Counted from the first letter of the stretch, positions 10,522 through 21,075 are shown. The stretch is DNA of 64,000 nt from an uncultured Gammaproteobacteria bacterium (GCA_965602855.1 CBFCZV010000002.1:25659-89658); one strand, 5' to 3'. Made by a program: numbers and translations. Notes: generated by a model from the sequence alone, not told the origin.

Positions 10522-11919
10522 TCAAATCCTGGGGAAGTTGATAGTTACTACCAGCCCTGAACCGGTTTCTGGTTCTCCCATTTGCAGCGTTGCGTTATGT
10601 AATTCAACAACACGCATAACAATAGACAGGCCTATGCCGCATCCCGGGTTGTCATGATTTTCCATTCTGAAAAATCGCTCGAATACACGTTCACGCTGCT
10701 CGGCAGGAATACCCGGACCGTTATCCTCAATGATTAAGTCGATAGATTCTTTGCCAGGAATTATTGCAGCTTTAACTTTGCCGCCTTCCTGCGTGTAGCA
10801 TATAGCATTATTTATAAGGTTTCGTATTAACAAACTTAGAGATGTGTTGTCTGCTTTTATATCAACGTCTTCACATTCATCGACAGAAAGCTCGATATTT
10901 TTTTTATCTGCGATGGGCGTGAGTAGTGCAACCTCGTCAATGACGGCATTTTTGAGATTGAGTGTCTCAAGGTTTTTTGAGAAGGATTCTGGTTCCAGCT
11001 TTGCCAGTGCCAGTAGTTGATCGACCAGATGAGTCGTTCGATCTATGCCGTGAAGAATATTTTCCAGTGCGATTTCTCTATCATCATCATTGCTGGCTTT
11101 TTGGGCTAATTCGGTGTGCAGTCTAACCGCTGCCAGAGGTGTTCTAAGTTCATGGGCAGCATCGGAAGTAATTCTTTTCTCTCTGTCCAGGGCGTGTTTT
11201 AAGCGTGACAATAAACTGTTTAATGCGCCGGCAATGGTTTTTATTTCGGTGGGCACATGGGTTTCTGAAACAGCATCAAGCTTAGAGGCGTCGCGTCGTC
11301 CAATTTGTGAAGCAAGGTTTTGCAAAGGTGATAATCCCTGACTGATGGCAAACCACATAACAATCGATAGCACAGGTGTTAGAACGATAAATAATAGAAA
11401 AAGATCTGAACTTAATTTTTTTATTAAATCATTGCGTACATCGATGCGCTCCGCGGTTATACATTGATAGTGAGGTTTGTAACTGTGCAAACTAAATACC
11501 CGCCATTCCTGACCAAGGAAAGACTGGTTATCAAAACCCTCTTCTTTATCGGACATGGGTTTGATCGGGGCATTTTTCGATTTCAGGATTAGATTGCCGA
11601 GGTCGTCCCACACCTGAAAGGCAAGTTTATTTTCATAGACATGGCCAGAGATTAGTTCGTGAGCGGCTTCATCATCGTGTTCCTGTTCGTCTGACATCAT
11701 GGCATTTTCATCGAGATATTTCTGAATGCTTGAGAAGTCACTGCGTCCTTGATCTGCCTGAACCATGCTCAGCATCAAGCGAGCAGAACGTGATAGCTGG
11801 GCATCGAATAGTTCTCTGGTTTCGTGCTGTGTGTCTTCGTAACCAAACCAGGTGCCACCGCCCACTATGAGTAGTGAAACTATAAACAGGCGCAGCATGA
11901 GGTGGTATCTAATAGACAT
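10522..11919 (-). CDS. two-component sensor histidine kinase (QseC/PmrB-like)
   Basis: 465 aa; two TM segments flanking a periplasmic domain; H-box HELRTPLAAV; C-terminal HATPase with G-boxes; start overlaps the regulator stop (TAATG). Confidence 0.85.
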   Translation of the reverse strand: MSIRYHLMLRLFIVSLLIVGGGTWFGYEDTQHETRELFDAQLSRSARLMLSMVQADQGRSDFSSIQKYLDENAMMSDEQEHDDEAAHELISGHVYENKLAFQVWDDLGNLILKSKNAPIKPMSDKEEGFDNQSFLGQEWRVFSLHSYKPHYQCITAERIDVRNDLIKKLSSDLFLLFIVLTPVLSIVMWFAISQGLSPLQNLASQIGRRDASKLDAVSETHVPTEIKTIAGALNSLLSRLKHALDREKRITSDAAHELRTPLAAVRLHTELAQKASNDDDREIALENILHGIDRTTHLVDQLLALAKLEPESFSKNLETLNLKNAVIDEVALLTPIADKKNIELSVDECEDVDIKADNTSLSLLIRNLINNAICYTQEGGKVKAAIIPGKESIDLIIEDNGPGIPAEQRERVFERFFRMENHDNPGCGIGLSIVMRVVELHNATLQMGEPETGSGLVVTINFPRI

Positions 11920-12578
11920 TATTCTTTAGCTACGGTGTAACCGACGCCGCGTACTGTTTTTATCAGGTCAGCGCCGAATTTTTTTCGAAGGTGATGGATG
12001 TAGACTTCGATGGTGTTGCTTTCAATTTCGTTACCCCAGCTATAGAGTTTTTCTTCAAGATAGGGTCGAGACAGAACGCGCCCGGCACTTGAGATAAGTT
12101 CCTCTAACAGAGCCAGTTCACGTCTGGAAATTTCTATATTTTCATTGTCGTATGAGATCGTGTGGGCAGATGAATCGATAATGATATTTTTATACTTAAT
12201 GGTTTGCTGGGATAGCCCGCGTGAGCGCCGGGTGAGGGCGCGGAGTCTGGCGCAAAGCTCGTCAAGTTCGAAGGGTTTTGTCAGGTAATCATCAGCACCT
12301 GCATCCAGTCCGCCAACCCGATCAGATACAGCATCCTGTGCGGTTAGTATGAGAACGGGTGTGGTTACCTCCTGTTTACGGGCATTGCCCAGTACTTCCA
12401 GGCCGTTCATTTTTGGCAGGCCGATATCCAGAATGATGGCGTCATAAGGAATGCTGGTGATTGCAGATAAGGCGGCTTCACCATCTTTGACCCAGTCGAT
12501 GGAATAACCATCATTTTGTAATCCGGTCTGTAAGCCACTGCCGAGCAGTGAGTCGTCTTCGACCAATAAAATACGCAA
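11919..12578 (-). CDS. OmpR-family response regulator
   Basis: 219 aa; receiver domain MRILLVEDD...ILDIGLP; C-terminal winged-helix trans_reg_C. Confidence 0.9.
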   Translation of the reverse strand: MRILLVEDDSLLGSGLQTGLQNDGYSIDWVKDGEAALSAITSIPYDAIILDIGLPKMNGLEVLGNARKQEVTTPVLILTAQDAVSDRVGGLDAGADDYLTKPFELDELCARLRALTRRSRGLSQQTIKYKNIIIDSSAHTISYDNENIEISRRELALLEELISSAGRVLSRPYLEEKLYSWGNEIESNTIEVYIHHLRKKFGADLIKTVRGVGYTVAKE

Positions 12579-12624
12579 GTCTTTTTCCTGTTTGGTTTAA
12601 TATGGTGAATCTTCAACGATTAAG

Positions 12625-12641
12625 CTTAAGTCAGGCTTAAA
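12625..12641. promoter_or_regulatory. direct repeat CTTAAG-N5-CTTAAA (PmrA/QseB-type box-like) in the divergent promoter region
   Basis: Two CTTAA half-sites 11 bp apart between the response-regulator gene and the TlpA-like gene; the palindrome GTCTTAAGAC lies nearby at 12667-12676. Confidence 0.3.
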
Positions 12642-12712
12642 TGTATTTATCTGGATATTTAAGGTTGTCTTAAGACTCAGTCCATAATCTTAGTCCATCT
12701 AAATTTAATAGT

Positions 12713-13207
12713 GTGTATAAGAATATGAGACTAGCTCAGTATACCTTCCTTTTGTTGATGCTAACTTTTAGCCATATCAGCCTTGCGGCCGTTCAGGACG
12801 CGCCTTCGATCAAGCTGCCGACGGCCGATGGTCAGGTAGATCTGGCTACACTGAAGGGCAAAGTGGTTTATCTTGATTTCTGGGCATCCTGGTGTGAGCC
12901 GTGCAAGAAATCATTTCCCTGGATGCATAAGATGAAAAAGACTTATCAGGATAAAGGTTTCGAAGTGCTGGCGATTAGCCTTGATAAGGAAAGAAAACTG
13001 GCGGATGCATTTCTAAAAGGCATGGATATTAATTTTGTGGTTGCTTTTGATGATGCGGGGAATACCGCCAAAGAATATAAACTGCGCGGTATGCCGAGCA
13101 GTTACCTGATTGGACGTGATGGCAAACTCTATGCATCACATATTGGTTTTCGTGAGAAAGACAAAGCGAAAATGGAAAAAGCGATTAAGCAATTGTTAGC
13201 GCAGTAG
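12713..13207 (+). CDS. TlpA/ResA-like periplasmic thiol:disulfide oxidoreductase
   Basis: 164 aa; signal peptide; thioredoxin fold with WASWCEPCKK (CxxC). Confidence 0.8.
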   Translation: MYKNMRLAQYTFLLLMLTFSHISLAAVQDAPSIKLPTADGQVDLATLKGKVVYLDFWASWCEPCKKSFPWMHKMKKTYQDKGFEVLAISLDKERKLADAFLKGMDINFVVAFDDAGNTAKEYKLRGMPSSYLIGRDGKLYASHIGFREKDKAKMEKAIKQLLAQ

Positions 13208-13222
13208 TCACGGCAATAACCA

Positions 13223-13459
13223 TTGATTTTGATTATGAGGAGTATTATGAAACGCACAGCAACAATTATTTTATTAATGGCGCTTGCAGGTTGTTCCAGC
13301 ATGGGCGTAGAACCATGGGAGCGCGATCTGCTAGCCAAAGATTCGATGCAATTATCGCCTGATTATTTCGATAATTTTTACGATGAGCACATTTATTTCA
13401 GTAAAGAGGCCTCCAGTGGTGGTCAGGGCGTCGGCGGCGGAGGTTGCGGATGCAATTAA
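13223..13459 (+). CDS. DUF4266-type small lipoprotein
   Basis: 78 aa; lipobox LAGCSS; C-terminal GGGGCGCN tail that I recall as characteristic of DUF4266. Confidence 0.65.
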   Translation: MILIMRSIMKRTATIILLMALAGCSSMGVEPWERDLLAKDSMQLSPDYFDNFYDEHIYFSKEASSGGQGVGGGGCGCN

Positions 13460-14742
13460 AGAAGATAAAAGGCCAGATGGCCGTAGCGACCTGTGCCCTG
13501 TTACAGGTTGCCTCACCCGCTGTTAATGCAGTGGAAGCCGAAACTGAATGGGATGTTGATACCGCATTTCTTTATTACAGTGAAGCAGATGGTCGGGTGT
13601 CCGCATTTGAACCTGCCATCTATGCAGGTCGTGATCTGGGTGATGATGAGCGAGTAGATTTTCGAGTTGTTTTCGATGCCCTGACAGGTGCAACGCCCAA
13701 TGGTGGTTACGCAACTTCAGCACCACAAACCTTTACCACGCCATCAGGTGACAGTTCATACACCACACCTGCGGGAGAATCGCCACTGGATGATACCTTT
13801 AGAGATGCGCGTGTTTCTCTGGGTGCCGACTGGACCATGTCACTGGATCGTATGTCCAGAGTGGTATGGGGTGCGAATCTTTCTGGAGAGATCGATTATA
13901 TTTCCATGGGTGTGACTGCTGCTTATTCTCAGGACTTTAATAATCGAAACACCACGCTAACGACCAGTTTTGGTTTTAATAACGATATGATTAATCCCCA
14001 GGGCGGCACCCCCATTGAGTTTGCGCCAATGCGTGCCGCAAATACGGGCACTAACAGAGATGGTGACAGTGAAACAAAAACCATCACTGACTTTATGATT
14101 GGCGTTACTCAGGTGGTGAGTCGCAAGACACTTATTCAATTGAATATATCGTTAGGCATGGTTGATGGTTACCAGAATGATCCCTATAAGATTTTGACAG
14201 TATCAAATGCTGCAGGTGATCCTATAACCTCATTTTTGACAGCTAATGATTTATCTTATGTTTATGAAAAAAGACCTGACTCACGCCAGAAAAATGTTAT
14301 GTTCTTCAAGGCCGTGCATCATCTAGAAGAAGATGTCATTAACTTCTCGTACCGTTATTACTCAGATGACTGGGGCATTAAATCGCACACACTGGATTGG
14401 AAATATCGTTATGAGCTGGCTAACAGTTATTTGCAGCCACACGTGCGCTACTACACACAGGACGCTGCTGATTTCTATAGTCACAGTCTGGTGCTAGGGA
14501 CTGATATTGATACCGCCGGTAATGCGCTGGTTGATTATGCCAGCAATGATTACCGACTGGCCGAATTGGATACAGTCACACTGGGTCTTAAATATGGCAT
14601 GCTCATGGGCAATGATAGCGAGTTCTCCGTGCGCGGTGAGATCATTTCCCAGTCCGTGAATGACAGTGGTGTGCCTGCTGGTCAGGAAACCCCTGATTTG
14701 GATGCACTGATGTTTCAGGTTAACTATTCTTTCTTGTGGTGA
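13444..14742 (+). CDS. DUF3570-like secreted protein (predicted outer-membrane beta-barrel)
   Basis: 432 aa; signal peptide; alternating-hydrophobic beta-strand character; C-terminal ...YSF(L)W; overlaps the upstream gene. Confidence 0.6.
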   Translation: MRMQLKKIKGQMAVATCALLQVASPAVNAVEAETEWDVDTAFLYYSEADGRVSAFEPAIYAGRDLGDDERVDFRVVFDALTGATPNGGYATSAPQTFTTPSGDSSYTTPAGESPLDDTFRDARVSLGADWTMSLDRMSRVVWGANLSGEIDYISMGVTAAYSQDFNNRNTTLTTSFGFNNDMINPQGGTPIEFAPMRAANTGTNRDGDSETKTITDFMIGVTQVVSRKTLIQLNISLGMVDGYQNDPYKILTVSNAAGDPITSFLTANDLSYVYEKRPDSRQKNVMFFKAVHHLEEDVINFSYRYYSDDWGIKSHTLDWKYRYELANSYLQPHVRYYTQDAADFYSHSLVLGTDIDTAGNALVDYASNDYRLAELDTVTLGLKYGMLMGNDSEFSVRGEIISQSVNDSGVPAGQETPDLDALMFQVNYSFLW

Positions 14743-14796
14743 TAATTGATTATGACGAAACAGGGATTGTTTCTGACATGCTGATCAATTAAGTTT

Positions 14797-14825
14797 AGGG
14801 CTTCTATAAAGAAGCCCTTTTTTTT
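14797..14825 (+). terminator. rho-independent terminator-like hairpin
   Basis: AGGGCTTCT-ATAA-AGAAGCCCT stem-loop followed by T8; it directly abuts the annotated ApbE ATG, which therefore has no SD. Confidence 0.5.
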
Positions 14826-15722
14826 ATGAAAAATTTAAAATCAAAAAATCTAAAGCTGAAACGGGAAGCCGATTACTGGCAGGGCTCATTCTCAGCCATG
14901 GCCAGTCCCTGTGAAGTGCTCATGGAAGTCAAAGACAAGACACTGGCTGCCCGTATCCTCGAGGCGGTAGCTGATGAAGCAAAGCGCATAGAGAAAAAAT
15001 TCAGTCGTTATCGTGATGATAATATTATTCATAAAATAAATAATGCAAAAGGCTCGCCGGTTTCAATCGACGATGAAACAGCAAGGTTGATCGATTTTTC
15101 GTGCCAGCTCCACCAGATGTCCGAAGGCCTGTTTGATATCACCTCCGGTGTACTCAGAAAAGTCTGGAAGTTTGATGGCAGTGATAACGTGCCGGAGTTT
15201 TTAGCGGTGGCCGCTATGCTGGAGAAGATTGGCTGGTCAAAGGTGCAATGGAAATACCAAACGGTAACCATGCCCGAAGGCATGGAAATTGATCTCGGCG
15301 GTGTCGGTAAAGAATACGCCGTTGATTGCTGTGTACAAATAGCACGTTCTTTAACCGATGAAAGCGTGCTGGTTAATTTTGGTGGTGATCTGGCCACCAC
15401 CGGCGAACGCCGAAACAAAAACTGCTGGTCAGTCGGCCGGTTGGTCACCGGCAAGGAAAATGCAGTTGCTCTGTTTAAACTATCCCGTGGTGCCATCGCC
15501 ACCAGTGGTGATGCACATCGTTATTTATTGAAAGATGGTGTGCGTTACAGTCATGTGCTCAATCCTAAAACAGGCTGGTCGGTACCCGATGCACCGCATA
15601 CGGTGAGTGTGGCAGCACCTACCTGTGTTGAAGCGGGGATGATGTCTACATTGGCGATGTTGCAGGGGGAGAAGGCGAGGGAGTTTTTGGGGTTGCAGGA
15701 AGTGGATTTTTGGGTGGATTAG
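14826..15722 (+). CDS. apbE: FAD:protein FMN transferase (ApbE family)
   Basis: 298 aa; F-AM(A/G) N-terminal motif region; ApbE-like C-terminus; no obvious signal peptide and no SD upstream, so the start is uncertain. Confidence 0.7.
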   Translation: MKNLKSKNLKLKREADYWQGSFSAMASPCEVLMEVKDKTLAARILEAVADEAKRIEKKFSRYRDDNIIHKINNAKGSPVSIDDETARLIDFSCQLHQMSEGLFDITSGVLRKVWKFDGSDNVPEFLAVAAMLEKIGWSKVQWKYQTVTMPEGMEIDLGGVGKEYAVDCCVQIARSLTDESVLVNFGGDLATTGERRNKNCWSVGRLVTGKENAVALFKLSRGAIATSGDAHRYLLKDGVRYSHVLNPKTGWSVPDAPHTVSVAAPTCVEAGMMSTLAMLQGEKAREFLGLQEVDFWVD

Positions 15723-15814
15723 GTTTCTGTCGCTAAACAACCTCCGTCATCCCGGTATGTTTTTTAGCCGGGATCCATGTTTGGGAATTTGTAGTAATTC
15801 ATAACTTTGGTGGA

Positions 15815-15832
15815 GTGGGTATTCGCACCCAC
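15815..15832. repeat. REP-like inverted repeat GTGGGTATTCGCACCCAC
   Basis: Perfect hairpin followed by GGGCG; a related element GTGCGAATTCATTCGCAC-GGCGC sits at 45881-45898. Confidence 0.4.
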
Positions 15833-16285
15833 GGGCGAGGCACTTTTTATATTCCGCACATCCATGTGCTCCACCCTACGGGCCGTGTATAAAACACACG
15901 TTTAAATCTGATCCAGTCAGATTTATCTACAGTAAGAAAAAGTACCCAAAAAGTGCCGCCCCAAACAACCTGCCTCAGATTCCAACTTTGCCTACGCGTC
16001 GGCCTGACTCGCAATCCCGCTCGCAGGCCTTGATTTGCCGTCCATGGCAAATTAACCCTACCAAAGCCAAAAGCCTCGGCAAACTGATAGGGGATGGAAA
16101 AACTAAAAACGCTTTTTTATATGGTGCAACGCTCTGCGTTTATTGACTCCTGCGTGCTGGTATATATAAGAAACCTCAATAGCGCGCAATAAAGCGCATC
16201 GAGATAAAAATAGAGATAAAAGGTTGCGCTAAAATATAATAACTGCTATCGTTTACGAAACGTAGTAAATGACAGAGGAAGAATT

Positions 16286-17077
16286 ATGTCTGTGCAAATT
16301 AAAAAAAGAGCAGCACGAAGCCCGAATTACCCAATACAGCCCTTAGAGTGGGCTGTTAGCAATGCTCTTCAACTCCTTGATAAAGAAGGCTTACATGCTG
16401 TGCCGCCAGACATAGTAGCGCGAAATTTAGGATACAAAAACGCTAGTAATGGCAAGGCTGGTCGAGTTTTAGCGAATTTAAAAGCGTTTGGTGTAATTGA
16501 GAAGGCTTCTTCTGGAAAATTAGCTGTCAGCCAAGATGTGCAGCGTTACAAGTTAGCTCCTACAGATAGCGATAGAAAAAGCTATTTAAAACAATGGCTT
16601 AAAACGCCTCTGCTCTACAGTAAGATCATGGGAAAGTATGAAAACGACTTGCCTTCTGATGCTGTGTTGTTATTCGAGTTAGTAGATGAGCATGGCTTTA
16701 ATGAAGATGCTGCTGAAAAAGCTATAAAGGTTTTTCGTGAATCTATCGATTTTGTTAAAAGAGCTACAAATGGTTTAGATAATGAAAGCAGTGAACAAGT
16801 GCCTGAAGGGGATGATTTTGCAACGGATGCAGGCATAGAAGTGCAGCAAATGACTGCACAGAGCAGCACAACTGCTACAGGTGTGGTGCATGAGCGGACT
16901 AAAAAAGCACCACCGCAAACGAATACTGATAATTTTAGATACCCAATTAGACTTGCTGGTGGGCGAATAGCTTGGATCGAGGTGCCAGTGCCCTTTTATG
17001 AGGCTGATAAAAACAAATTAAAAGCACAAATCGAAATTATAGGTACAGATGATGAAGATGGTGACATTAGTATGTAA
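16286..17077 (+). CDS. hypothetical protein in the AT-rich islet
   Basis: 263 aa; no recognisable motif; low GC compared with the flanks. Confidence 0.45.
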   Translation: MSVQIKKRAARSPNYPIQPLEWAVSNALQLLDKEGLHAVPPDIVARNLGYKNASNGKAGRVLANLKAFGVIEKASSGKLAVSQDVQRYKLAPTDSDRKSYLKQWLKTPLLYSKIMGKYENDLPSDAVLLFELVDEHGFNEDAAEKAIKVFRESIDFVKRATNGLDNESSEQVPEGDDFATDAGIEVQQMTAQSSTTATGVVHERTKKAPPQTNTDNFRYPIRLAGGRIAWIEVPVPFYEADKNKLKAQIEIIGTDDEDGDISM

Positions 17078-17230
17078 CGCTAAAACAAAAACACCCGCAT
17101 AAGCGGGTGTTTAGGGGAATGGAAGTCCACTCCTATGTAGCTGACACTTAATAGCATAGTGGATTCCCCTTTTTGAAGCAAATGATTTTCAGTGCTTCCC
17201 TGAAAATCAATTTTTTAGAAAGGTGACTTT

Positions 17231-17389
17231 ATGTCAAAAGTAAACCGCAGCAATGCTGTGTCAAAAAAAAGCTCAAATAAATCTAAAGGATATATTTTCT
17301 GTAGATTTAGGCGGGTGAAAAATAGTAATAGATACCTAGATGCTCATGACTATGGTTATGAAGCTTGGCGAATACCTATAGGTAAATAA
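17231..17389 (+). CDS. small basic hypothetical protein (52 aa)
   Basis: MSKVNRSNAVSKKSSNKSKGYIFCRFRRVKNSNRYLDAHDYGYEAWRIPIGK; good SD (AAAGGTGA) 5 nt upstream; followed by a hairpin plus T-run at 17396-17432; too short to appear in the ORF track. Confidence 0.3.
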   Translation: MSKVNRSNAVSKKSSNKSKGYIFCRFRRVKNSNRYLDAHDYGYEAWRIPIGK

Positions 17390-17395
17390 CTATGA

Positions 17396-17432
17396 CGCTC
17401 GACTCTTTAATGGGTCGGGCGTTTTTTTATAA
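17396..17432 (+). terminator. rho-independent terminator
   Basis: ACGCTCGAC...GTCGGGCGT stem with one mismatch, followed by TTTTTTT. Confidence 0.45.
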
Positions 17433-17508
17433 AGCCAAGCTCGTAGGGTGTGGTAAGGCACGAACCGCATCACTCGCGTAATCTAATCCGCGCCAAAACC
17501 CCAACAAT

Positions 17509-17835
17509 TTAAGCCACCTTAGTCTTCGTAGAAATCGCTTTAGCCAAATCCTTCTGCGAAGCCCCCAACGCGAGCAATGACTTAATAAGAAGATCAATAG
17601 AAACCGAAGCTGATCCCGTTTCCATTTTTGCGACTCTTGACTGGCTTGATTTAATTAATTTTGCAAAGGCGGTTTGACTTAAATGTTTGCGCTGGCGCAT
17701 TTCTTTCAGGCTTTGGGACAGGGACATTTTCATTTCTATAAATGCCTCTTCTTCTGGTGTTAGCTCAAGAAAGTCAGCGGCTGTTCCAATTTTCCAGCCT
17801 TTGGTTTCCAGTTGTTTACGTTTAGTCTGTTTCAT
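17509..17835 (-). CDS. higA: HigA-type antitoxin (XRE-family HTH)
   Basis: 108 aa; HTH RQRKHLSQTAFAKLIKSSQSRVAKMETG; start overlaps the toxin stop (GATAATGAA). Confidence 0.7.
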   Translation of the reverse strand: MKQTKRKQLETKGWKIGTAADFLELTPEEEAFIEMKMSLSQSLKEMRQRKHLSQTAFAKLIKSSQSRVAKMETGSASVSIDLLIKSLLALGASQKDLAKAISTKTKVA

Positions 17836-18160
17836 TATCGTAATCTCTTAATCTAGCTTTGCAGATATCAATGACAATTTTGGGCGTTTTGCTTGTTTTC
17901 TTTTCAAACACTTCAAGAATCACGACTGCATCTTCATCTGTTCTGTATACAATTCGCTAGGTCACGTTGTTATCTGTAATTCGAAGTTCATGACATCGTC
18001 TTCCAATCGTTGGCATTGGCCGTGATTGCGGCATACTTAATTTTTCACCAATCTGCAATCTCCTTAGTAAAAAACCAGCTTCAATGCGGGCAGAGGAGGA
18101 AAATGGTGGTGTTTTCACTTCACCATGAAGCCATACAACTACCTTGTCTTTTGTGTCCAT
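17822..18160 (-). pseudogene. higB: HigB-type (Gp49-like) toxin interrupted by an in-frame TAG
   Basis: The 67-codon ORF ends at a TAG at 17957-17959 on the minus strand. The same frame then continues as RIVYRTDEDAVVILEVFEKKTSKTPKIVIDICKARL...* ending at 17822; this resembles the ILLHGFxKKTQKTP motif I recall for Gp49-like HigB toxins. Confidence 0.6.
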
Positions 18161-18336
18161 GTTGAAAATAATATGTCATATGTGACATATTGTCAATAAG
18201 GGTTATTGGGCCGTCCGAGCATGGTTGGTATGTAGTTTTTAATTTGCCCGCCGTAATTTATTCCTGTAAAACACTATAAAAATGTAAACAAGGCAGTACC
18301 TCATCAAAGGATAGGCACCCAGGGATCGTTCCAGCT

Positions 18337-19080
18337 ATGGATAAAGCAAGAAAACTATACACAAATAAAAAGTGGTATGACTTTTCTGACAAGGTAAAAC
18401 AAAGAGACGGCCATAAATGCCTGCGCTGCAAAAGAGGGGAGTCTGAAGTGGTTCTCCAGGTGCATCATGAAATATATGTAAAAGATAAACCGCCATGGGA
18501 GTATTCGCTGAGTGATTGCAGAACTTTGTGCAAGGGCTGTCATGCAAGAGGGCATAAGCTAATTGCACCTGATCGGGGCTGGACTTTAATTTTGATTGAA
18601 GATCTGGGTGGGGCAGATGGTATTTGTGAACGGGAAAATTGTGGGCATGAGATAAGATATGCGCATGTAACTTATCACCCTGGCTGGGGTTATAAAGTCG
18701 TTGGTAGTACCTGTGTTCAACATCTAACCAAAAAAGACAGATTGCTAAGCAGTCATATTATTACCCTGTATAAAAACATTAGTAAATTTGTTCATGGTTC
18801 AGACTGGGAAAATAGTTTCACTAAAAAAGGAAAGAAATATTTAACCTGTAAATACAAGCATCATTCAATAAGAATATATGGTGAAGAAAATAACTATTCT
18901 TACCAGCTTGTTTTGAAAGAAAAAGGAATACGCTGGCATGAATTTCGAGACATCATTCCTGCCAGGAATATGAGCCTGGAGGAAGTAAAAGAATTGTCTT
19001 ATATCGTGCTGAAAGGAACGGTCAGTAAGAACGAAGAAGAAAAGTCGTTATTGAGAGATGTATACAGAAAAATAAAATAA
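18337..19080 (+). CDS. HNH endonuclease with an uncharacterised C-terminal domain
   Basis: 247 aa; N-terminal HNH motif HKCLRC...VHHEIY...CKGCH; low-GC gene. Confidence 0.7.
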   Translation: MDKARKLYTNKKWYDFSDKVKQRDGHKCLRCKRGESEVVLQVHHEIYVKDKPPWEYSLSDCRTLCKGCHARGHKLIAPDRGWTLILIEDLGGADGICERENCGHEIRYAHVTYHPGWGYKVVGSTCVQHLTKKDRLLSSHIITLYKNISKFVHGSDWENSFTKKGKKYLTCKYKHHSIRIYGEENNYSYQLVLKEKGIRWHEFRDIIPARNMSLEEVKELSYIVLKGTVSKNEEEKSLLRDVYRKIK

Positions 19081-19087
19081 CACAGAT

Positions 19088-19923
19088 TTATTGTAGCGAA
19101 GCCCTTATCGCATCAATCACAGATTTAGTCTCTGGCTGAACACCCCGCCATAAATTAAACGATTCCGCCGCCTGCTCAACTAGCATTCCCAAACCATCAA
19201 ACACTTTTGCTGCACCGTGCTGACTTGCCCATTCCATGAATACCGTCGGTTTGGCTGTGTACATCATGTCGTAAGCACAGGCGTTGTCTTTAAATAATGC
19301 GTCGGGTAAAGGTGGCAGGTCGCCTTGAAGGCTAGCGGAGGTGCCGTTGATGACAATATCAAATGACTGGCCTTCGAGTGCATCAAAACCACAGCCTGAA
19401 ATATTGCCCAGATCAGAAAAATCTTCGGCCAGTTGCAGGGCTTTTTCTACTGTGCGGTTGGCAATCACTAGCTGCACAGGATTTTTTTCCATGATGGGTT
19501 CAATGACACCACGAACCGCGCCGCCTGCGCCCAAAATTAAAATCTTTTTTTGTTTTAATGCTATTTGATGGTTGTTGCTAAGATCGCGAACCAGTCCGAT
19601 GCCATCAGTGTTTTCGCCAAAATAACTGCCATCATCTTTTTTGATAATAGTGTTTACCGCACCGGCTCTTTCGGCGCGTGAGCTTCTTTTGGCAGCCAGT
19701 TGCCAGGCCTGTTGTTTGAATGGCACGGTGATGTTAATGCCTTTGCCATTGTTGGCAACAAAGGTGTTAACGTCTTTTTCAAAATTATCCACATCCGAAA
19801 GTTCAGCGGTGTAAATCAGTATCTGTCCGGTTTGTTGTGCGAACAGGGTGTGAATCTGGGGTGATTTACTGTGGCTGATCGGGTTGCCGAAAACGGCATA
19901 ACGATCAATGGTTGTTTCGGACA

Positions 19924-19924
<1 letters not shown>
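19088..19924 (-). CDS. aroE: shikimate dehydrogenase
   Basis: 278 aa; YAVFGNPISHSKSP N-terminus; GAGGA NADP-binding motif. Confidence 0.9.
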
Positions 19925-21075
<1,151 letters not shown>

